63,849 nucleotides of DNA from an uncultured Hyphomicrobiales bacterium. Its GTDB lineage: Bacteria; Pseudomonadota; Alphaproteobacteria; Rhizobiales; Hyphomicrobiaceae. The first letter of the stretch is position 1. Every line of letters begins with the position of its first letter. Position numbers and translations under genes: made by a program. Shown piece after piece: positions 30,481 to 38,091 of this stretch. The notes under the pieces are model-generated. The model saw only the letters and a list, made by a program, of their open reading frames with translations, was not told where the DNA came from and did no database searches. Where the stretch lies: assembly GCA_902826255.1 (NCBI GenBank), contig CADEEC010000001.1, forward strand, positions 1 through 63,849, in the 5' to 3' direction.

Positions 30481-31226
30481 AGGCGCAGGCCGAAGCCCAG
30501 CAGAAGGCTGAAGCCGACGCCCGGCAGAAGGCAACCACTGAGGCTCAGCAGAGAGCGGCGGCCGAGGCGCTGGCCAGGCAGAGAGCGGAGACCGAAGCCA
30601 GGCAAAAGGCCGATGCCGACGCAGCCAGCCAAGCCACCCGCCAAAAGGCGGCGGAATCCGACGAGACGGCGCTGAGACTCACTCAGGCCGATCGCCAGCG
30701 GATTCAGGTGGCGCTGACCGCCCTGGGGTTCGACACGAGGGGAGCTGATGGCGTCTTCGGTCCACGTTCGCGCGCGATGATCTCCGCCTGGCAAGAGGCG
30801 CGTAAGCTCTCGGCAACGGGTTTCCTGACAGCCGCACAACAAAGGGCCTTGCTTGGCGAGGCCGCCCCGGCGCTTGCAAAATTTGATGAAGAACAGAGGA
30901 AGGCCGCCGATGAAGCGAGGGCAAGAGCCGCCGCGCCGGCGACCGCTGCACTGCCTGCTCCCGCTGCACTACCTGCTCCCGCAACACCGCCCGTTGCTGC
31001 TGCGCCGCCCGTTGCTGCTGCGCCGCCTCGATCTCGCGATGACAGGGCCTACTGCGGCGAGCTTTCCGCACTCTTTCGCCGCTATGTCCAGAACGCACAG
31101 GGACGTAAGGTCGATGTCGACGCGTTGACTGCGATCGACGCCTGCCAGAGAGGCAACACGGCAGCGGGCATACCGGTGTTGGAGCAGAGGTTGACCCGGA
31201 GTGGGTTCACGTTGCCCAAGCAATAG
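30477..31226 (+). CDS. 5'-truncated coiled-coil / peptidoglycan-binding (PG_binding_1-like) domain protein
   Basis: Open frame with an A/Q/E/K/R-rich coiled-coil run, then RIQVALTALGFDTRGADGVFGPRSRAMISAWQ (PG-binding motif), a Pro/Ala linker and a Cys-containing tail. No start codon before GTG 30708, so the N-terminus is missing at the block boundary. Confidence 0.65.
   Translation, partial: QQAQAEAQQKAEADARQKATTEAQQRAAAEALARQRAETEARQKADADAASQATRQKAAESDETALRLTQADRQRIQVALTALGFDTRGADGVFGPRSRAMISAWQEARKLSATGFLTAAQQRALLGEAAPALAKFDEEQRKAADEARARAAAPATAALPAPAALPAPATPPVAAAPPVAAAPPRSRDDRAYCGELSALFRRYVQNAQGRKVDVDALTAIDACQRGNTAAGIPVLEQRLTRSGFTLPKQ
30945..31022 (+). repeat. two adjacent 18-bp tandem duplications in the Pro/Ala linker
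   Basis: GCTGCACTGCCTGCTCCC / GCTGCACTACCTGCTCCC (30945-30980) and a perfect 2x CCGCCCGTTGCTGCTGCG (30987-31022), encoding AALPAP x2 and PPVAAA x2. Confidence 0.9.
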
Positions 31227-31357
31227 AGCAACGGAGTCGTACCGAGGGCATTGGCGCAGCGCCATATCGCTCCCGCGACCAGTATCCGGATTTTCTGCTG
31301 ACATAATCTGACAGCTGCCAGGCATATGCTGTTCTCCCAACAGTCGAGGAGAACCCC

Positions 31358-31822
31358 ATGAGCAGGAACTGGCTGGCAGTCGCTTCCGCCGAACATGTCG
31401 AGATCGGGCGCAGCGGGGGTTTCATGCAAGTCTGCCACGGCAAGGCGACGCCTCTGCGACGCATCCAGCCCGGCGACCGGATCGTCTACTACTCGCCCAA
31501 CCGCACCTACACGCCGAGCCACGCCCAGCGCGGCAAGGACCGGCTGCAGGCCTTCACGGCTATCGGCACGGTGAAAGAGGGCAAGCCCTATCAGGCCGAC
31601 ATGGGCTTCGGCTTCAAGCCGTTCCGCCGCGAGGTCGCCTGGCACGACGCCGAGGCCATGTCGCTGCTTGCACTGCAGGCACAGCTTGCCTTCACCCAGG
31701 AAAAGAACTGGGGCTACCGGCTGCGCCAGGGCGTGATCGAGATCAGCGACGCCGACATGGCGCTGATCGCCGAGGCGATGTTCACAGCAGTCGCGGCAGA
31801 ACCTGATCGGCTAGCAGCCTGA
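31358..31822 (+). CDS. EVE (PUA-like) domain protein
   Basis: 154 aa. [46 protein letters not shown] pattern is typical of EVE domain proteins. Confidence 0.78.
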   Translation: MSRNWLAVASAEHVEIGRSGGFMQVCHGKATPLRRIQPGDRIVYYSPNRTYTPSHAQRGKDRLQAFTAIGTVKEGKPYQADMGFGFKPFRREVAWHDAEAMSLLALQAQLAFTQEKNWGYRLRQGVIEISDADMALIAEAMFTAVAAEPDRLAA

Positions 31823-32780
31823 AGGTGTCGCGGCTGAGCGGCGCGCACATCAGGTAGTTGAGGCCGATCTCGTCCTCGAGTCGGGTGATCTGCTCGACCA
31901 CCGATGCCGGCGTGCCGTGCAGGATCACGCTGTCGAGGTAGTGCTGCACGGGCTCCTTGCCGTCGTAGGTCCGCTGCGCGTGCATGGTCTTTTGACTGGC
32001 ATGCTGCGGACCCGCGTAGGAATCGACCAGCCACTGCGCGCCGCGGCGCGCGATGGCCTCGGCGTCAGCCTGGGTCGACGCCAGCGCCAGTAGTCGCGCC
32101 ATCGGAATGTCGCGGCCCGAATCCTCGAAACCCGCTTCGGCAAGCTTGTCGCGATAGCGCTGGCGCTTGGCGCCGAGTTCCTTCATCGAGGAGTGCGGAT
32201 CCATCAGGATGGAAAATCCGCGGCTCGCTGCCCAGTCGATGGCAGGCTCCGACGTCGCGGCCATCCAGACCGGCGGATGCGGTCGCTGCAGGGGCTTGGG
32301 CAGCAGCTCGATGCCGTCGAAGGCGAAATGCTGGCCCTTGTAGGTGAAGCGCTCCTCGGTCCAGGCCTTGAGCACGATCTCGACGGCCTCCCGGAAACGA
32401 TCCGCGCTCTCTTCCGGCGGCACGCCGAAAGCATTGAACTCCGAACGGGCAAAGCCACGTCCGGCGCCCCAGTTGACACGGCCACCCGACAGCAGGTCGA
32501 GCAGGGCGACTTCCTCGGCCAGCCGCAGCGGATGGTAGAGCGCCGCCAGCGACACCGCCGTGCCGATGCGCAGCCGCTTGGTGCGCGCGGCAGCCAGCAC
32601 GCCCACCATATGGACCGAGGGGCACACGCTGTAGGTCGTGAAGTGATGCTCGGCCAGCCACACCGCATCGAAGCCCGTGCGGTCCATGATCTCGATGCGC
32701 TCCAGCGCTCGAGCGTAAACGTCTTCCAGCGCGCCGTGCCGGCCGGGCCAGCTGAAGAATTGCAGAACCCCCAGTTTCAT
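31782..32780 (-). CDS. LLM-class (luciferase-like) flavin-dependent oxidoreductase
   Basis: Track ORF 31782..33287 trimmed to ATG 32780 ([13 protein letters not shown]). [28 protein letters not shown] and [10 protein letters not shown] motifs. Confidence 0.9.
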   Translation of the reverse strand: MKLGVLQFFSWPGRHGALEDVYARALERIEIMDRTGFDAVWLAEHHFTTYSVCPSVHMVGVLAAARTKRLRIGTAVSLAALYHPLRLAEEVALLDLLSGGRVNWGAGRGFARSEFNAFGVPPEESADRFREAVEIVLKAWTEERFTYKGQHFAFDGIELLPKPLQRPHPPVWMAATSEPAIDWAASRGFSILMDPHSSMKELGAKRQRYRDKLAEAGFEDSGRDIPMARLLALASTQADAEAIARRGAQWLVDSYAGPQHASQKTMHAQRTYDGKEPVQHYLDSVILHGTPASVVEQITRLEDEIGLNYLMCAPLSRDTFRLLADQVLPRLL

Positions 32781-32914
32781 TCGGCCTTGATCCCCGCTTC
32801 TTGTGACGATCGGCCACCACTTCTCGATGCGGAGGAAGCAATGAACCCGCCGCGTCGATGGCTTTTCAGGGCCGCGAGCGGCCGAGGAGTAGAGCACGTC
32901 GCTACGCTGCCGGA

Positions 32915-33265
32915 CTAGAGCTGATAGTAGAGCCCGCCGCACAGGCCGATCGCCATCAGGCCGAGGCCGAAGAACTTGAAGAAGCGGGCCGACTGGTTCG
33001 CCAGCAGATGATCGTGGCGGACCGACTGGCGTTGCTCCGCCGACAGTTCCCTCTGCGCCCGTACCTGTGCGCCGAGGAAGCTGGTCGCGAGGCTGCCGAC
33101 CGGCCGATCGCCATCGAGCTCGAACTGGGCGCTGACATAGCAGATGACGAGGCCGATGAAGCCCACGCCGAAGAAGCTCATGTAGGCGACGATGAAAAAC
33201 GCCACGACCGACGCAAGCAGCCAGGCCGAAAACGCAATGGCCATGAGGATCGATCTTGCGGACAC
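32915..33265 (-). CDS. small membrane protein (116 aa)
   Basis: GTG start preceded by GGGAGG with a 6-nt spacer. Two N-terminal TM helices and one C-terminal TM helix. Confidence 0.6.
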   Translation of the reverse strand: MSARSILMAIAFSAWLLASVVAFFIVAYMSFFGVGFIGLVICYVSAQFELDGDRPVGSLATSFLGAQVRAQRELSAEQRQSVRHDHLLANQSARFFKFFGLGLMAIGLCGGLYYQL

Positions 33266-33319
33266 GTGCTACCTCCCGCGGTAACACCGAACGAAGGCGA
33301 TCGTATCCGGAAAGGTTGC

Positions 33320-34642
33320 TCAGGCCAAAGCGTCGTCGAGGGCGCTGCCCAGGCGATCGACGATCTCGCCGATCTGCTCTTCACTGACGATGAAGGGCGG
33401 CGCCAGCAGGACATGGTCACCGCATGTGCCGTCGATCGTGCCGCCCATGGGGTAGACCATCAGGCCGCGCGCCATCGCGGCCTTCTTGACCTTGGCATGG
33501 AGCTTCCTGGTCGGATCGAACGGTGCCCTGGTCGAGCGTTCCTCGACCAGTTCGATGGCCTGGAACAGGCCGCGACCGCGGATGTCGCCGACATGCGGAT
33601 GATTGCCGAAGCGCTCGCCAAGCCGCCGACGCAAGTGCGCGCCCTGGGTGCGGACATTGGCCAGAAGATTGTCGCGGCGGATCGTCTCCTGCACAGCGAG
33701 GCCCGCCGCGCAGGCCATCGGATGGCCCATGTAGGTATGGCCGTGCTGGAAGAAGCCGCTGCCGTGGGCGAACGATTCGTAGATGTGGCGGCCGAGCAGC
33801 ACGGCGCCGATCGGCTCGTAACCGCCGCCCAGGCCCTTGGCGATGGTCATGAGGTCCGGCGCGATGCCCTCCTGCTCGCAGGCATGCAGGGAGCCCGTGC
33901 GGCCCATGCCGCACATCACCTCGTCGAGGATCAGCAGCACCCCATGTCGGTCACAGATCTCGCGGATGCGCTTGAAGTAGCCCGCCGCCGGCGGGACCGC
34001 ACCGGCCGTGGCACCGACGACGGTCTCGGCGACGAACGCCATGACGGTGCCTTCCCCCAATTCCACTATCTTGGCCTCGAGCGCATCGGCGGCGCGTCGA
34101 CCGTAGTCCTCCTCGCTCTCGCCCGGCTCCTGGAAGCGATAGGCGAAGCAGGGGGCGATGTGATGCGTCTCGATCAACAGCGGCGAGAAGGGTGCCCGGC
34201 GCCATTCATTGCCGCCGGCCGCGAGCGCACCCAGGGTATTGCCGTGATAGCTCTGGCGACGGGCGATGACATGGCGGCGTCCGGTCTCGCCGCGTTCGAC
34301 GAAGTATTGCCGCGCCATCTTGAGCGCCGCCTCGATCGCCTCGGAGCCGCCGCTCACCAGGTAGACATGGCTGATGCCTCGGGGGGCGTCGGCGATCAGC
34401 CGCTCGCCGAGTCGTTCGGCGACGTCGGTGGTGAAGAAGCCGGTGTGGGCGTAGGCGAGGCGGTCGAGCTGTTCGTGCAGCGCGGCGGTGACGGCGGGAT
34501 GGCCGTGGCCGAGGCAGGACACGGCGGCGCCGCCCGAGGCATCCAAGTAGCGCTTGCCCGTGCTGTCGACGATCTCGATCCCGCTGCCGCCCGCGGCGAC
34601 AGGGAGGGTGCCGGCGATCTGGCGATGAAGGATGTGGGTCAT
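33320..34642 (-). CDS. class III (omega) aminotransferase, PLP-dependent
   Basis: Trimmed to ATG 34642. GGAAVSCLGHGHP, LVSGGSEAIEAALKMAR, LILDEVMCGMGRTG, DLMTIAKGLGGGY (PLP lysine). Confidence 0.92.
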   Translation of the reverse strand: MTHILHRQIAGTLPVAAGGSGIEIVDSTGKRYLDASGGAAVSCLGHGHPAVTAALHEQLDRLAYAHTGFFTTDVAERLGERLIADAPRGISHVYLVSGGSEAIEAALKMARQYFVERGETGRRHVIARRQSYHGNTLGALAAGGNEWRRAPFSPLLIETHHIAPCFAYRFQEPGESEEDYGRRAADALEAKIVELGEGTVMAFVAETVVGATAGAVPPAAGYFKRIREICDRHGVLLILDEVMCGMGRTGSLHACEQEGIAPDLMTIAKGLGGGYEPIGAVLLGRHIYESFAHGSGFFQHGHTYMGHPMACAAGLAVQETIRRDNLLANVRTQGAHLRRRLGERFGNHPHVGDIRGRGLFQAIELVEERSTRAPFDPTRKLHAKVKKAAMARGLMVYPMGGTIDGTCGDHVLLAPPFIVSEEQIGEIVDRLGSALDDALA

Positions 34643-34691
34643 TGGCGGATCCTCATTGTCTTCCGGGTCACCGGAAGAGGATGAACATGAT

Positions 34692-35576
34692 CTAGCGTCC
34701 GTTGCGTCTCGGCAGGTGCACACCGAAAGCGGCAAGCTGCGCTTCGGTATGCTCCAGCGCAGCCAGCGCCTTCGCACCGCCACGGCCGGCGACCAGGGCG
34801 GCGAGAATCTCGGCGACGGCTAGGAGTGGCGTCATCGTATGGAAGAAGGACGGGCTGCTGGTCGCCACCAGGATGGTATTGCCGGCGACCTGGGCGAGCG
34901 GGGACACCTCCGAATCCGTGAGCGCCACGACCGGCACATCGCGGCCCGCCGCATAGTGGGCCGCCTCGATCGTGGCACGGGCATAGGGCTCAACGCTGGC
35001 CACCAGCAGCGCATCCGTCTGGCCGGCATCGCGGATGGCATCGAGGCCCGTGCCGCCGGCATCGTCCAGCATCACCGTCTTGTCGCCGAGAAGCGACAGC
35101 ATGTAGTGAAAGTGCCAGGCCGCTGCGTGGCATGAGCGCAAGCCGAGGCAATAGATACGCCGTGCCTGGTGCAGGCAGCTCGCCGCATCCGCGAGGCGAT
35201 CGAGCGCCGCGGGTTTGGCCAGGGCGGCGATCTGATTCGACAGCAGCGTCGCCATCTCGGCCGCCAGCGCACGCTCGCCATGCAGAGCCTGCGCCTCGAC
35301 CTGCACGCCTGCCTTGCCGGCAAACCCCAAGGTGCCGGCGCGCACCGCACCGGCATAGAGTTCGCGAACGCTGTCGTAGCCGTCGAGGCCGAGACGCTTG
35401 GCCAGCCGCGTCATGGTGGCGGGCGGCACGCCGGCGCGGCGCGCCTGCTCCCGCATCGACAGGAGGGCCACGTCGTCGGGACGGTCGAGCATGTAGCGCG
35501 CCGCCGTCTGCAGTTGCGGCGGCAGGAAATCGAACGCCTCGACGATCGAAGCGTTGAGTGGGCCTCGGCCTTCCAT
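34692..35576 (-). CDS. MurR/RpiR family transcriptional regulator (HTH + SIS domain)
   Basis: N-terminal HTH_6-like SMREQARRAGVPPATMTRLAKRLG and a C-terminal SIS domain. 294 aa. Confidence 0.9.
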   Translation of the reverse strand: MEGRGPLNASIVEAFDFLPPQLQTAARYMLDRPDDVALLSMREQARRAGVPPATMTRLAKRLGLDGYDSVRELYAGAVRAGTLGFAGKAGVQVEAQALHGERALAAEMATLLSNQIAALAKPAALDRLADAASCLHQARRIYCLGLRSCHAAAWHFHYMLSLLGDKTVMLDDAGGTGLDAIRDAGQTDALLVASVEPYARATIEAAHYAAGRDVPVVALTDSEVSPLAQVAGNTILVATSSPSFFHTMTPLLAVAEILAALVAGRGGAKALAALEHTEAQLAAFGVHLPRRNGR

Positions 35577-35582
35577 GCCGCC

Positions 35583-36611
35583 TCAGCGCAGCGGGATAGG
35601 ATACATCAGGCCGCCCTTGGTCCACAGGCCGTTCAGGCCGCGCGCCAGCTTGAGCGGGCTGCCCATGCCGACATTGCGCTCGTAGCTCTCGCCGTAGTTC
35701 CCGACCTGCTTGACGATGTTGTAGGCCCACTTCTCGTCGAGCTGCAGGGCCTTGCCATTGCCGGGCTTCACACCGAGGAAGCGCTGGACCAGCGCGTCGG
35801 TCGACTTCAACTGCTCATCGACATTGGCCGTGGTTATGCCGCGCTCCTCGGCCTCGAGCATGGCGAACAGCGTCCAGCGCACGACCGCCATCCAGACGTC
35901 GTCGCCGCGGCGCACGAACGGGCCCAGCGGCTCCTTGGAGATCAGCTCGGGCAGGATCATGTAGTCGTTCTGGCGGCCACGGGTGGCGAGCGCCGATGCA
36001 AGCGCCGAGGAGTCCTGCGTGATGGCATCGCAGCGGCCGGCGAAGAACGCCTCGTACATGACATCCTGGCTCTCGAACACGACCGGCTTGAAGGTCATGT
36101 TGCGGCCGCGGAACCAGCTCGCGACGTTGAACTCGTGGGTCGTGCCCTGGGCAACGCAGATCGTGGCGCTGTTGAGCTCGGCGAGCCCCTTCACGCCCAG
36201 CTTCTTGGAAACCATGAAGCCCTGGCCGTCATAGAAGTTGATGCCGGCATACTGCAGGCCAAGCCCGGCATCGCGCTCCAGCGTGATGGTCGAATTGCGC
36301 ACCAGCATGTCGATCTCGCCCGACTGCAGGGCGAGGAAACGCTGCTGGGCCGACAGCGGCACGTACTTGGCCTTTGTCGCGTCACCCAGCACGGCGGCAG
36401 CGACGGCATTGCACATGTCGACATCAAGACCCGCCCACTTGCCCTGGCTGTCGGGCAGCGAGAAGCCGCCCAGACCCACGTTGACACCGCAGACCACCTG
36501 ACCGCGCTTCTTCACGGTCTCGAGGGTCGAGGGTGTCTGGGCCGAGGCGGCGGTGAAGGCGAAGGCGCCGAAAAGGGCGCCGGCGGCGAGAAGTCGTTTG
36601 ACTATGGTCAT
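35583..36611 (-). CDS. amino-acid ABC transporter substrate-binding protein (AapJ/BztA-like)
   Basis: Trimmed to ATG 36611. Signal peptide LLAAGALFGAFAFTAASAQ. GVNVGLGGFS and DMLVRNSTITLERD motifs of general L-amino-acid binding proteins. No permease or ATPase genes adjacent. Confidence 0.87.
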   Translation of the reverse strand: MTIVKRLLAAGALFGAFAFTAASAQTPSTLETVKKRGQVVCGVNVGLGGFSLPDSQGKWAGLDVDMCNAVAAAVLGDATKAKYVPLSAQQRFLALQSGEIDMLVRNSTITLERDAGLGLQYAGINFYDGQGFMVSKKLGVKGLAELNSATICVAQGTTHEFNVASWFRGRNMTFKPVVFESQDVMYEAFFAGRCDAITQDSSALASALATRGRQNDYMILPELISKEPLGPFVRRGDDVWMAVVRWTLFAMLEAEERGITTANVDEQLKSTDALVQRFLGVKPGNGKALQLDEKWAYNIVKQVGNYGESYERNVGMGSPLKLARGLNGLWTKGGLMYPIPLR

Positions 36612-36690
36612 GGGCGTTCCCCTGGCAAAGCTGGGGGAATTGCTACTGCCGGATTGGTGCAATTGCAACATATGAATCCTAGTAAGCCGA

Positions 36691-36710
36691 TTTGATCCAT
36701 ATGGATCAAA
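36691..36710. promoter_or_regulatory. perfect 20-bp palindrome TTTGATCCATATGGATCAAA (candidate operator)
   Basis: Exact inverted repeat with 10-bp arms and no spacer in the 113-bp divergent region between the SBP gene and the RND adaptor gene. A second 10-bp palindrome TGCAATTGCA lies at 36658-36667. Confidence 0.45.
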
Positions 36711-36724
36711 AATGACGACGGAGT

Positions 36725-37969
36725 ATGTTTCCTCTGGTTACTCCTGACGGAATTGAAACCGGCCGCTGCTACGACCACATCTGCTGCGCCGCAAAAATCG
36801 CCGGGGAGTGTTTGTTGTCCCTACATCGTCGCCTGCTGGCAGCCGCCGGCCTCGCCTTTCTTGCTACTTCATCGGCTGCTTTCGCCCAGGGCGGTCCTCC
36901 GGCCATGCCGGTCACCATCTCCCCGCCGATCGCCAAGCGAGTCACCCAGTGGGACGAGTTCTCCGGCCGCTTCGAGGCCGTAGCGCAGGTCGAAGTGCGC
37001 GCCCGGGTCTCGGGCTTCATCGACAAGCTGCATTTCCGCGATGGCCAGATCGTCAGTGTCGGCGACCTGCTTTTCACCATCGACAAGCGACCATTCGAAA
37101 TCGCGGTCGAAAGCGCCGAGGCCGAAGTGGCGCGCAACAAGGCGCAGGTCGATCTGGCCGAGCTGCAGGTCGAGCGCGGCGCCTTGCTGATCAAGTCGCG
37201 CACAATCACCGACGCCGAGTACGACCAGCGCAAGGCGAACCTCGCCGTGGCCCGCGCCCAGCTCAAGACGGCCGAGGCGGCCGTCCGCTCGGCCGAGCTC
37301 AACCTCGACTGGACCGATGTCCGGGCGCCGCTGGCCGGGCGCATCTCCGACCGCAAGGTCGATGCCGGCAACTTGATCCAGGGCGGCCAGCAGGGCGCGA
37401 CCTTGCTCGCCACCATCGTCACGCTCGATCCCATCCGCTTCGTGTTCGACGTCTCGGAAGCCGACTATCTGCGCTACACCCGCCTCTACCTTTCGGGAGC
37501 GATGGCCTCGTCGCGCGATTCGGTGAATCCGGTGCGCATCCGCCTGGCCGACGAGACCGAATGGACGCGCAACGGCAAGGTCGACTTCGTCGACAATACG
37601 CTGAGCCCCCGATCGGGCACCATGCGCACCCGCGCCGTGGTCGAGAACAAGAACCAGCTTCTCACGCCAGGCGTGTTCGGCCGCGTGCAGCTGTTCGGCG
37701 GCGAGTACGATGCGTTGCTGATCCCTGATTCGGCGATAGTGGCCGACCAGGCGCGCAAGATCGTGTTCACGGTCGGCGAAAACAACGTGGTGCAGGCCAA
37801 GGTCGTCACGCTGGGGCCCATCGTCGACGGCTTGCGCGTGATCCGCGAGGGGCTGGCGCCGACCGACAACGTCGTGCTGGACGGCCTCGCCAACCCGATG
37901 GTGCGGCCCGGCGCCAAGGTCGCGCCCCAGAAGGGTGAGATCAAGACCGCCGACGCCAAAGGCAAGTAA
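36725..37969 (+). CDS. RND efflux periplasmic adaptor (membrane fusion protein)
   Basis: Lipoyl/hairpin motifs VRARVSGFIDKLHFRDGQIVSVGDLLFTID and DWTDVRAPLAGRIS. The true start may be TTG ~36815, just ahead of signal peptide LLAAAGLAFLATSSAAFAQ. Confidence 0.88.
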   Translation: MFPLVTPDGIETGRCYDHICCAAKIAGECLLSLHRRLLAAAGLAFLATSSAAFAQGGPPAMPVTISPPIAKRVTQWDEFSGRFEAVAQVEVRARVSGFIDKLHFRDGQIVSVGDLLFTIDKRPFEIAVESAEAEVARNKAQVDLAELQVERGALLIKSRTITDAEYDQRKANLAVARAQLKTAEAAVRSAELNLDWTDVRAPLAGRISDRKVDAGNLIQGGQQGATLLATIVTLDPIRFVFDVSEADYLRYTRLYLSGAMASSRDSVNPVRIRLADETEWTRNGKVDFVDNTLSPRSGTMRTRAVVENKNQLLTPGVFGRVQLFGGEYDALLIPDSAIVADQARKIVFTVGENNVVQAKVVTLGPIVDGLRVIREGLAPTDNVVLDGLANPMVRPGAKVAPQKGEIKTADAKGK

Positions 37970-37975
37970 CCCTCG

Positions 37976-38054
37976 CTGTCATCCCGAGCGCAGCAACGCA
38001 CCTTTCCCGTTCCTCGCTCCGGTAAGCGCGGCCAGCCCGCGCGCCGGATGACAG
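37976..38054. repeat. long imperfect inverted repeat (REP/MITE-like stem-loop) in the adaptor-pump spacer
   Basis: CTGTCATCC (37976-37984) pairs perfectly with GGATGACAG (38046-38054). The arms extend to about 16 nt with 2 mismatches. It sits in an unusually long 122-nt spacer. Confidence 0.4.
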
Positions 38055-38091
38055 TCACAGCAAGCGACCGCCCCCAGCCCAGGCTCACTCC

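Noticed and set aside
29778-30842. Reading the whole 354-aa track ORF as one protein
   Set aside because: Only residues from about 121 onward are AmpG-like. The first 120 residues are the in-phase antisense of the coiled-coil gene on the other side of the breakpoint.
32858-36695. Plus-strand ORFs 32858..34684 (608 aa) and 35169..36695 (508 aa)
   Set aside because: These are antisense to the aminotransferase, RpiR and SBP genes, and the translations are low-complexity.
36612-36724. Possible sigma-54 (GG-N10-GC) promoter upstream of the amino-acid SBP gene
   Set aside because: TGGCA- and TTGC-like pieces are present, but the GG-to-GC spacing does not fit the -24/-12 consensus on either strand.
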